Assembly (NCBI GenBank): GCA_964519305.1
Contig: CAZFHY010000015.1
Location: 43,155-107,154 of the forward strand
Reading direction: 5' to 3'
Length of the DNA stretch: 64,000 bases
From: Candidatus Undinarchaeota archaeon
GTDB taxonomy: Archaea; SpSt-1190; JASMDC01
The position numbers and the translations under genes are program-made. The notes under the pieces are model-generated. The model did no database searches. It saw nothing but the letters and a program-made list of their open reading frames with translations, and was not told the origin of the DNA. Positions within the stretch are counted from its first letter, which is position 1, and each line of letters begins with the position of its first letter. Shown one piece after another: positions 30,371 through 38,679 of this stretch.

Positions 30371-30706
30371 ACTACTCACCTGGGGGGGGTAAACGTGAAT
30401 AGTGTCGAGATTGTTTATAATATTTTGTGAGATAATTCCTTTCTAATACTATTAATGTAACAAGTAAGCCCGTCGGCGGAGTACGGTGTTTTTCAGAGTA
30501 TATTCGCAATAAATACATCGTGATCGGGTACGGGTCCCTGACATCGCCCGAACAGCATCATGGAGGCACCCATGGACGCCAGGACGATAGCCGGCTCGCG
30601 GAGCTTGGCTGGATTGCGCCCCCGGCGGGGAGAAGCACGAGCAGAAAAGATGTGGTTCGGTCCAAGATCAGCCTTGCACTATCATGAGGAATAGGGATTT
30701 GGCCTA

Positions 30707-31360
30707 CTACTTATCCCAGCCATGCTCACCGATGAGAGGGACGAACCTGCATCCGCAGATGTGCCGTTTGACCACACCATCGTCCTCCCGCTCGATGGCC
30801 ACCAGTTCCTGGGACCACGAGCCGCCCACCGGGATTATCAGGCGTGCCCCTTTGCCCAGCTGTCCGATAAGTGGTTCGGGAACCACGGGTGCAGCGGCGG
30901 TCACTATGATGCCATCGTACGGAGCCCCCTCGACATGACCTCGTGTCCCGTCATCCTCGACGACCGTGATGTTCTCGTACCCAAGCTCGGTGAGACGCTC
31001 CCGGGCGCTCCTGGCCAGGGCCGGGATACGCTCGATGCTCACCACGTCGCCCTGGTGACCGACTACCTCGCTGAGCACGGCCGCCTGGTAGCCGGAGCCG
31101 CACCCCACCTCCAGCACGTGGGCCCCAGGTGAGAGCTGCATGTGCTCCGTCATGAGAGCGACTATGTAAGGCTGGGAGATGGTCTGGCCCTCGCCCACGG
31201 GTAAAGGGAAGTCGCCGTGGGCCTGGGATAGCAGGGACGACGGGACGAACCTGTGCCGGGGGACGGTGCGCATGGCATCGAGCACGCGTGGGTCGGAGAC
31301 ATCGCGACGCGCTATCTGGTCGGCCACCATCTGCCGCCGCTCCTGTGCGAAGTCGTCCAC
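30707..31360 (-). CDS. pcm: protein-L-isoaspartate O-methyltransferase
   Basis: VPRHRFV, GQTISQPYIVA, VLEVGCGSGYQAA, APYDGIIVTAA, RFVPL. Confidence 0.97.
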   Translation of the reverse strand: MDDFAQERRQMVADQIARRDVSDPRVLDAMRTVPRHRFVPSSLLSQAHGDFPLPVGEGQTISQPYIVALMTEHMQLSPGAHVLEVGCGSGYQAAVLSEVVGHQGDVVSIERIPALARSARERLTELGYENITVVEDDGTRGHVEGAPYDGIIVTAAAPVVPEPLIGQLGKGARLIIPVGGSWSQELVAIEREDDGVVKRHICGCRFVPLIGEHGWDK

Positions 31361-31900
31361 CTACTTCACCTTGGAACAGTAGAGGGTCGTTATAACGTCC
31401 GCCAGAGCCTTGCCACGACGCAGGGTACGGCTATCGGTGCGGATAGCTGTGATGCGGAGGTCGACGTTCTCGAACTCGAGCACCTGGCCAATGGTGAACT
31501 CCGCCTCGGGCCTCGCTTCCATCAGGATGGACTGGGTCTTGCCTTTCCCTGTGCGGATGGCCAGTCTTAGGCGTACGTAGGACCTGTCGATCAGCCAGAC
31601 ACACTCCACGTCACGGGGCATTGCCTTCTTGACGCTCCTACCGTCCACCTCTACCTTGGTGATGCGACAGATCACGTCATCGAGGAGCATATCGTCACCC
31701 ACGGTGAGCTCGCCGTCACCGGGGACGGAGATGCGCCGACGATCCGACTCCTCCTGGTGGGATAGCACCGCGGTGATCTCCACGGCCTTGTCATCCACCT
31801 CCATAAAGAAGGCCCCGCACTCAGCACACTTGTAGTGCTTCTCCCGACCGCGCTCCTTGAGCAGGATACCGTCGCCGCCGCACTCATCGCACTCGGACAC
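31361..31900 (-). CDS. archaeal zinc-finger protein (HVO_0476/COG1326-like)
   Basis: CDECG...CAECG Zn ribbon followed by duplicated beta domain; position upstream of pcm as in other archaea. Confidence 0.85.
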   Translation of the reverse strand: MSECDECGGDGILLKERGREKHYKCAECGAFFMEVDDKAVEITAVLSHQEESDRRRISVPGDGELTVGDDMLLDDVICRITKVEVDGRSVKKAMPRDVECVWLIDRSYVRLRLAIRTGKGKTQSILMEARPEAEFTIGQVLEFENVDLRITAIRTDSRTLRRGKALADVITTLYCSKVK

Positions 31901-31948
31901 GGACGGACCTCCCCCATCAAGACAAATAAACCTATGGATGCGGCGGGC

Positions 31949-33433
31949 TCAGTCGTCGCCCTCCATCATCCAGGACAGCACAGGTTTCCGCACGGCAGTG
32001 ACCTCGTCGAGCCTGGATGAGGCCGTGAGCGTGGGCGCAGCATGGACCTTGTCAGGATCGTCCCGTGCATCGGCGAGCGTCCGACGCAGTGCGTCGGCCC
32101 ATCCCTCGAGCGCCTCCCGTGGCTCGGTCTCGGTGGGCTCGACCATCAGTGCGTTGTGGACGATTAGCGGGAAGTTGATCGTGGGCGCATGCACTCCGCA
32201 GTCCAGCAGCCGTTTGGCCAGGTCGATCGCGTCGCACCCGAAGTCGGCCTTGCTGGGATCGGCCGAGAACACGCATTCATGCTTGCGCGGCGTACCTGGT
32301 GCATAGGGCAGGTCGATACCCTCGACGCCCTTGAGCAGGTGCATGACGTAGTTGGCGTTGAGCACGGCCATCTCCGACGCGGTCGTGAGGCCGTCCCCGC
32401 CCATGGATAGGATGTAGGTCCATGCCTTAGCGAGCACGCCCACGTTACCGTGGAACGAGTGCACCTTGCCGATGGACTTCGGACGGTCGTTGTCCAGCAC
32501 GTACCGGTCGTCCTCCTTCTCCACAACGGGCGTGGGTAGGTAGGGTACCAGCCGCTCGACGACACCGACGGGCCCGGAACCGGGACCGCCACCGCCGTGG
32601 GGTGTGGCAAATGTCTTGTGGAGGTTGAAGTGCATCACGTCGAACCCCATGTCGCCGGGGCGTGCTTTGCCCATGATGGCGTTGAGGTTGGCACCGTCGT
32701 AGTACAGCAGCCCCCCTGCGTCATGGACGATGGCCACGATGTCCTCGATCTGGCGCTCGAACACACCGATTGTGTTGGGATTGGTGAGCATGAGACCCGC
32801 CGTGCGCTCGTTCACTGCGCTCCGCAGAGCGTCGAGGTCCACGCACCCGTCCTCGCCCGAGGGGATCTCGATGACCTTGAACCCGGCCATGGCGGCCGAC
32901 GCGGGATTGGTACCATGTGCCGAGTCGGGCACGATCATCTCGTCCCGCTCCTCGCCACGGTCCTCGTGATAGGCGCGGATGAGCAGCATGCCCAGGAACT
33001 CGCCGTGGGCGCCGGCAGCGGGCTGGAGAGAAACGCGGGCCATCCCGGCCACTTCGGCCAGCCACATCTCCAGCTGGTGCATCATGGCGAGCGTCCCCTG
33101 GACCGTCCCCTCGGGTTGGAGGGGGTGAAGGCCTGCGAGACGTGTATCGCTGGCGACGTCCTCGTCGATGCGTGGATTGTACTTCATGGTGCAGGAGCCA
33201 AGGGGGTACATCCCCGAGTCAACGCCGAAGCACATCTGGGAGAGCCGTGTGTAATGGCGCACGACCTCTGGCTGGCTCACCTCGGGCAGCCGTGGCGGTT
33301 CGGCCCGTCGCAGGTCCCCGGGCACCTCGAACGACTCGTTGGCGCCATGGGGTACGCGCACTCCCCGCCTGCCGGTACCGGAGCGTTCCCGGAGGCTCGG
33401 CTCGTCCCACACGGCCTGGCGGTGCCCGCTCAT
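31949..33433 (-). CDS. gcvPB: glycine dehydrogenase (decarboxylating) subunit 2
   Basis: YPLGSCTMKYNP, QPAAGAHGE, PDSAHGTNPASA, HFNLHKTFATPHGGGGPG, VEPTETE. Confidence 0.97.
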   Translation of the reverse strand: MSGHRQAVWDEPSLRERSGTGRRGVRVPHGANESFEVPGDLRRAEPPRLPEVSQPEVVRHYTRLSQMCFGVDSGMYPLGSCTMKYNPRIDEDVASDTRLAGLHPLQPEGTVQGTLAMMHQLEMWLAEVAGMARVSLQPAAGAHGEFLGMLLIRAYHEDRGEERDEMIVPDSAHGTNPASAAMAGFKVIEIPSGEDGCVDLDALRSAVNERTAGLMLTNPNTIGVFERQIEDIVAIVHDAGGLLYYDGANLNAIMGKARPGDMGFDVMHFNLHKTFATPHGGGGPGSGPVGVVERLVPYLPTPVVEKEDDRYVLDNDRPKSIGKVHSFHGNVGVLAKAWTYILSMGGDGLTTASEMAVLNANYVMHLLKGVEGIDLPYAPGTPRKHECVFSADPSKADFGCDAIDLAKRLLDCGVHAPTINFPLIVHNALMVEPTETEPREALEGWADALRRTLADARDDPDKVHAAPTLTASSRLDEVTAVRKPVLSWMMEGDD

Positions 33434-34794
33434 CGTCCGCCACCTCCCGTGATGGCTTCTGCGAACAGGTCGATGTCCCCGATGGTATGGCGCTCGGTAG
33501 CGCACAGGAGCGCGACGTTATCGAGGCCGTCCAGGTGGGCCCCGAGGTCGAGCCCGCCCATGATGCCCGCGTCAAGGAGACGCTGGTTGAGGTCCGCGAC
33601 CGTGCCGTCATCGACACGTACAGTGAACTCGTTGAAGTAGGGTGCGTCCAAGTGGGGTACTCTAAGACCGTCCACCTCTCCCATTCGTCGCGCCAGGTAG
33701 CGGGCGTTGCGCATGCAAGCCTCCCCCGCCTCACGCAATCCCTCCGGGCCAAGGGAAGCAAGCGTGATGCCCGCCGCAACGGCGACGAGAGCTTCGTTGG
33801 AGCAGATGTTGCTGGTGGCCTTGTCGCGGCGGATGGCCTGTTCGCGCGCCTGGAGCGTGAGCACGTAACCGAGCTTCCCGTTGGACGTCTCGGCACGGCC
33901 TACGAATCTGCCCGGTGCCTGCCTTACGGTCTTGCGGTCGAACCGGCAGGCGAAGATACCAAGACCCGGTCCGCCGAATGACGGGGGTCCGGCCAGGCTG
34001 GAGCCCTCTCCGACAGCGACGTCCGCGCCGTAGGCGCCCGGTGCCTCGAGCACTCCGAGCGTCCACGGGTCCACACCGGCCACGAACTTCGCGCCGGTGT
34101 CATGGGCGATCGTGCACAGGTCCTTGATCCGGTTCTCGAGCACGCCTAGAAAATTTGGGTTCTCAGCGTACACACAGGCCGTGGTGTCATCGACGACCTC
34201 GGCCACCGCGTCAGGGTCCACTCGTCCGTCAGGCCCTGCGGGAACGTCGACGATGCGGCCCCTGGGACCCCAGAGGAAGTTCTCGAGCACGGAACGGCGC
34301 CAGGGCGCGATAGCGCCTGCCAGCACTACGGAGTTCCTGCGGGTGAGTCGCATGCACATCAGCGCTGCCTCGCCGAGAGCGGTAGCCCAGTCGTACTGGG
34401 AGGCGTTGACGCACTCGAGCCCAGTGAGCTCGGCCATCATGCTCTGATACTCGTAGAGCGCCTGGAGCATGCCCTGCGAGATCTCGGGCTGATAGGACGT
34501 GTATGCGGTGAGGAACTCGCCGCGCTGGACCAGATGGGCCACGTGCGCGGGCACGTGGTGATGCTGCAGCCCCGCGCCAAGGAAGGATAACAATGGCCGG
34601 TTCCGGGCGAACACCCGGTCGGCCTCACGCGCCACTTCGCTCTCGCTACGACCTGACGGGATGTCCAGTGGCCGGTCCAGCCGCACGCTGGCGGGGATGT
34701 CGGCGAAGAGCGCCTCCATGGTCGTGCCCATGTCAGTGAGCATACCGTCTGCTGCGTGTGCGTTCGGTATGTAGGGGTGAGGGGCAGCGGCCAC
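33430..34794 (-). CDS. gcvPA: glycine dehydrogenase (decarboxylating) subunit 1
   Basis: SFLGAG, EFLTAYTSYQPEISQG, NASQYD, LQAREQAIRRDKATSNICSN. Confidence 0.97.
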   Translation of the reverse strand: MAAAPHPYIPNAHAADGMLTDMGTTMEALFADIPASVRLDRPLDIPSGRSESEVAREADRVFARNRPLLSFLGAGLQHHHVPAHVAHLVQRGEFLTAYTSYQPEISQGMLQALYEYQSMMAELTGLECVNASQYDWATALGEAALMCMRLTRRNSVVLAGAIAPWRRSVLENFLWGPRGRIVDVPAGPDGRVDPDAVAEVVDDTTACVYAENPNFLGVLENRIKDLCTIAHDTGAKFVAGVDPWTLGVLEAPGAYGADVAVGEGSSLAGPPSFGGPGLGIFACRFDRKTVRQAPGRFVGRAETSNGKLGYVLTLQAREQAIRRDKATSNICSNEALVAVAAGITLASLGPEGLREAGEACMRNARYLARRMGEVDGLRVPHLDAPYFNEFTVRVDDGTVADLNQRLLDAGIMGGLDLGAHLDGLDNVALLCATERHTIGDIDLFAEAITGGGGR

Positions 34795-34806
34795 CGGTTA
34801 ATCCTC

Positions 34807-35220
34807 CTAGTCCTTCTTGTTCTGCTCTATGAACTTCACGTACGCTGCGGCGTTCATCATACCGGCCTTCTCTGAGGGGTAGTCATCCGCGCTGATGATG
34901 AACAGCCAGCCCTTCTCGAAGGGCGACTCGTTGACCACCTGGGGCTCATCCTCAACGGCATCGTTGGTCTTGACTATCTCACCTGAGAGGGGTGCGAACA
35001 CGTCGGCCACCGCCTTGACGGACTCGAGCTGGAGGATAACGTCGCCCTTCTTGAACGCGCTACCCTCGTCGGGAACGTCGACGAACGCTATGTCACCCAG
35101 TTCCGACTGGGCGAAGTCGGTGATACCCACCATGAATCCTTCGGGGACCTGCTTGATCCACTCGTGCTCCTTGGTGTACAGGAGGTCGTCAGGGACCTCG
35201 AACTTTCCCAATGCCTTCAT
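34807..35220 (-). CDS. gcvH: glycine cleavage system H protein
   Basis: YTKEHEW, GITDFAQSELGDI, lipoyl-lysine LESVKA, NESPFEKGW. Confidence 0.97.
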   Translation of the reverse strand: MKALGKFEVPDDLLYTKEHEWIKQVPEGFMVGITDFAQSELGDIAFVDVPDEGSAFKKGDVILQLESVKAVADVFAPLSGEIVKTNDAVEDEPQVVNESPFEKGWLFIISADDYPSEKAGMMNAAAYVKFIEQNKKD

Positions 35221-35431
35221 GCTCTCTGCCTCCTTTATCCCGGGCCCGGCAGGTCCCGAGTTACACCGCCCACCACCGGGCCGGTTAATATAAACCTTTG
35301 GCCGGCCGTGGCATGTGGTCACAGTACCCGCGCCCCATCCGTTTTATTTTTAAACGCCGGACCGGTGGCGCCGCCCGGGACGGAGAGCGTTCGCCATGAC
35401 CTGACCGTCCCACCGCCTGGAGGCACATACC

Positions 35432-37522
35432 ATGTCAGACGAGCACGAGTCGTACCGCATCGCGGGCCATCCGATACTGCCTGCCGAAGAGCGAGGGGAG
35501 GTGAGCTTCACATGGCAGGGACGTCCCTTGAAGGCCATGGAGGACGAGACTATCTCATCAGCTCTCTTCGCCAATGGCGTGCGGACGTTCGGCCACCACC
35601 ACAAGGATGGAGCCCCCCAGGGCATCTTCTGCGCTAACGGCCAGTGTTCCCAGTGCATGGTGATCGCGGACGATCTCCCCGTGAAGTCCTGCATGGTGCC
35701 GGTCACCGATGGTATGACGGTGGAACCCGTGGAAGGCCACCCGGAGCTCCCTCCGGCAGACGCGGTCCCGTCCATGAGCGACATTCCCGTCATCGAGCGC
35801 GAGGTGCTCATAATCGGCGGTGGTCCTGCGGGCCTTGCAGCTGCCATCGAACTGGGAAAGGTCGGGATGAACGTCCTGCTGGTCGACGACAAGGACCGGC
35901 TGGGCGGGAAGCTCGTGCTACAGACCCACAAGTTCTTCGGGAGCATCGACGCCTGCTACGCGGGCATGCGCGGCATCGACATCGCCGCCAAGCTCGAGGA
36001 GAAGATGACCAAGCACGAGACCGTCGAGTGCTGGACAGGCACAAACGCCGTGGGCGTTTTCACCGATGGTCTAGTAGGTGTACTGAAAGGTGACGAGTAC
36101 GTGCTCGTCCGACCCGAAGTGCTCCTCGTAGCCACAGGTGCCCGGGAGCGGTCGCTCGCTTTCAAGGGCAACACCCTCCCTGGTGTTTACGGTGCTGGCG
36201 CGTTCCAGACGCTCGTGAACCGCGACCTGGTACGTGCCGCAGAGCGTGTGTTCATCGTCGGTGGCGGGAACGTAGGCCTCATCGGCGGCTACCACGCGCT
36301 CCAGGCAGGCATCGAGGTGGCGGGCCTGTGCGAAGCCCTGCCCGAGTGCGGCGGCTACAAGGTCCACCGCGACAAGCTCGAGCGACTGGGCGTCCCCATC
36401 CACACCTCCCACACGATCGTGAGCGCCAACGGCACCGACACCGTGGAGTCGGTGACCATCGCCGAGATCGGACCGGACTGGCAGCCCGTGCCAGGGACGG
36501 AGCGGACGTTCGCCTGTGATACCCTACTGGTGGCCGTGGGCCTGGACCCGGTGGACGAGTTCGTCGCCAAGGCACGCGAGTGTGGCATCACCGTGTACGC
36601 AGCCGGCGACGCCGACGAGGTCGCTGAGGCCTCCGCCGCCATATTCTCAGGCCGCATCACCGGCATCGAGATCGCCAAGGCACAGGGCAAGGACGTCGAT
36701 GAGGTGCCCGCCGACTGGATCGTCACCCGCGACGTGCTCAAGTCCAAACCGGGCCAGGTGCACCCGCGACAGGCGCTGGGGATGGAGGCGGGAGTCTATC
36801 CGGTGTTCCACTGCCATCAGGAGATCCCGTGCAATCCCTGCACCTCGGTGTGCCCCAAGGAGGCCATCGAGATCGGCGACGACATCCGCGGTATCCCGCG
36901 GTACACCGGTGTTGAGCAGGGCAAGGAATGCTTGGGCTGTGGAAAGTGCGTTGCCATATGCCCGGGATTGGCCGTCACCCTGGTCGACCACCGCAAGTAT
37001 CTCGACACCCCCGTAGTGACCCTGGCACACGAGTTCCACGCCGACTCCATCGAGACTGGCGACACCGTGATCGCCGTGGGCGCTGACAACGAGGACCTTG
37101 GTATGGCCGACGTCGTGGACGTGCGCGCCGGCCGTGTGTGGAACCGCACCCTACTAGTACAGGTGAAGGTCGACAAGGCCATCGCCGGTGATATAGTGGG
37201 GGTCCGCATCCAGCACCCTGACGTCTCCAAGGCCATGGACAAGCCCGTGGCGCGCATCGAGGACGATGTCATCGTGTGCCGATGCGAGCGGATCACCGCT
37301 GGCGAGGTCCGACGGCTCGTACGTGAGGGAGCAAGGGACATGAACGAGATCAAGGCAGTCAGCCGGGCCGGGATGGGCGCGTGCGGCGGTAAGACCTGCT
37401 CGACACTCATCCAGCGCATCTTCCGTGAGGAGGGTGTCGATCCCGGGAACGTGGTCCCTGGAGTTGACCGACCCCTCTTCGTCGAGGTGCCCCTGGGCGC
37501 TTTCTGTGGAGGTGATGAATGA
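35432..37522 (+). CDS. multi-domain FAD/Fe-S oxidoreductase (sarcosine oxidase/proline dehydrogenase alpha-like, fused 2Fe-2S, 4Fe-4S and BFD-like domains)
   Basis: IFCANGQCSQC, IIGGGPAGL, ATGARE, GGGNVG, CNPCTSVCP, CLGCGKCVAICP, CRC...GMGACGGKTC. Confidence 0.9.
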   Translation: MSDEHESYRIAGHPILPAEERGEVSFTWQGRPLKAMEDETISSALFANGVRTFGHHHKDGAPQGIFCANGQCSQCMVIADDLPVKSCMVPVTDGMTVEPVEGHPELPPADAVPSMSDIPVIEREVLIIGGGPAGLAAAIELGKVGMNVLLVDDKDRLGGKLVLQTHKFFGSIDACYAGMRGIDIAAKLEEKMTKHETVECWTGTNAVGVFTDGLVGVLKGDEYVLVRPEVLLVATGARERSLAFKGNTLPGVYGAGAFQTLVNRDLVRAAERVFIVGGGNVGLIGGYHALQAGIEVAGLCEALPECGGYKVHRDKLERLGVPIHTSHTIVSANGTDTVESVTIAEIGPDWQPVPGTERTFACDTLLVAVGLDPVDEFVAKARECGITVYAAGDADEVAEASAAIFSGRITGIEIAKAQGKDVDEVPADWIVTRDVLKSKPGQVHPRQALGMEAGVYPVFHCHQEIPCNPCTSVCPKEAIEIGDDIRGIPRYTGVEQGKECLGCGKCVAICPGLAVTLVDHRKYLDTPVVTLAHEFHADSIETGDTVIAVGADNEDLGMADVVDVRAGRVWNRTLLVQVKVDKAIAGDIVGVRIQHPDVSKAMDKPVARIEDDVIVCRCERITAGEVRRLVREGARDMNEIKAVSRAGMGACGGKTCSTLIQRIFREEGVDPGNVVPGVDRPLFVEVPLGAFCGGDE

Positions 37523-38676
37523 TGGCCGACAGGTATGACGTCATCGTCATCGGTGCAGGCAGCATTGGGACCCCAGCCGCGATGGAGCTGGCGGACGCAG
37601 GGCTCTCGACCTTGGTCATCGACGCCGGGGCCAGTGTAGGCCAGGGCGCCAACAAGGCCGCCATCGGCGGTGTGCGGGCCACCCACTCTGAGAAAGGGAA
37701 GATCGCCGTGTGCCAGCGCAGCCTGGACATCCTCTCCTCCTGGAAGGAGAAGCACGGTCACGACATCGAGTGGCGCCAGGGCGGGTACTCGTTCGTAGCG
37801 TACCGTGAGAATGAGGAGACCACGCTCAAGGAGCTGCTGAAGGTGCAGCGCGCCTTCGGGCTTGACATCGACTGGCTCGAGCGCGACGACCTGCTCGAGC
37901 GCATCCCTTCGCTCAACCGGGACGGGCTGGTGGGCGGGACCTTCTCGCCGGGGGACGGGAGCGTGTCCCCGCTGTTAGCGGTGCACGCGTTCTATGACCG
38001 GGCACGTGAGCTGGGAGCGACGTTCCGTTTCCGCGAGAATGTGACCGGCATTGACGTCAAGGACGGCGCGGTGAAGGCCGTGACGACGGACAAAGGCACC
38101 TACCGGACCGACTGCATCGTGAACGCGGCAGGAGCTACAGCAACTGTGGTAGCGAAGCTCGCTGGCGTCGATGTGTCGGTGCGACCGGACTGCCACGAGG
38201 CAGGCATAACCGAGCCCGTAGCGCGTTTCATGGAGCCCATGGTTGTGGACATCCGCCCCGGCCCGGGTTCTGCGAACTTCTACTTCTATCAGCACGGGAC
38301 AGGACAGGTGATATTCTGCATCACGCCCAGACCAAACATCTGGGGCGACGACCGGCGGGCGACCAGCGCGTTCCTGCCCATGGTCGCGAAGCGCATGGTG
38401 GAAGTGATGCCGCGACTGGCGAACCTGAAGGTGCGCCGTACCTGGCGCGGTCTCTACCCCATGACCCCGGACGGGCTGCCTATAGTTGGGTGTGCAGAGG
38501 ACGTGGAGGGCTACGTCAACGCCGTGGGGATGTGCGGTCAGGGGCTCATGCTGGGCCCGGGTCTGGCCACGTTCATGCCCGGGCTGGTCAGAGGCGACCT
38601 CTCATGCGAGGACCGCGACCTGCTCGCGGGCTGGCACCCCTGCCGGGACTTCTCCTGCGAGGAGAAGCTCAAGTAG
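37519..38676 (+). CDS. FAD-dependent oxidoreductase, DAO family (sarcosine oxidase beta/proline dehydrogenase beta-like)
   Basis: DVIVIGAGSIG, VNAAG, RTWRGLYPMTPDGLPIVG, GMCGQGLMLGP; overlaps the upstream stop. Confidence 0.9.
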   Translation: MMADRYDVIVIGAGSIGTPAAMELADAGLSTLVIDAGASVGQGANKAAIGGVRATHSEKGKIAVCQRSLDILSSWKEKHGHDIEWRQGGYSFVAYRENEETTLKELLKVQRAFGLDIDWLERDDLLERIPSLNRDGLVGGTFSPGDGSVSPLLAVHAFYDRARELGATFRFRENVTGIDVKDGAVKAVTTDKGTYRTDCIVNAAGATATVVAKLAGVDVSVRPDCHEAGITEPVARFMEPMVVDIRPGPGSANFYFYQHGTGQVIFCITPRPNIWGDDRRATSAFLPMVAKRMVEVMPRLANLKVRRTWRGLYPMTPDGLPIVGCAEDVEGYVNAVGMCGQGLMLGPGLATFMPGLVRGDLSCEDRDLLAGWHPCRDFSCEEKLK

Positions 38677-38679
38677 GGA

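Noticed and set aside
30380-30520. Replication origin
   Set aside because: No ORB consensus repeats and no cdc6/orc1 gene nearby
32597-33981. Long opposite-strand and alternate-frame ORFs (also 1317-2216, 29651-30430, 36817-37761, 50744-51862, 53754-54671, 58305-59393)
   Set aside because: They shadow better-supported genes, as expected in high-GC DNA, and show no motifs
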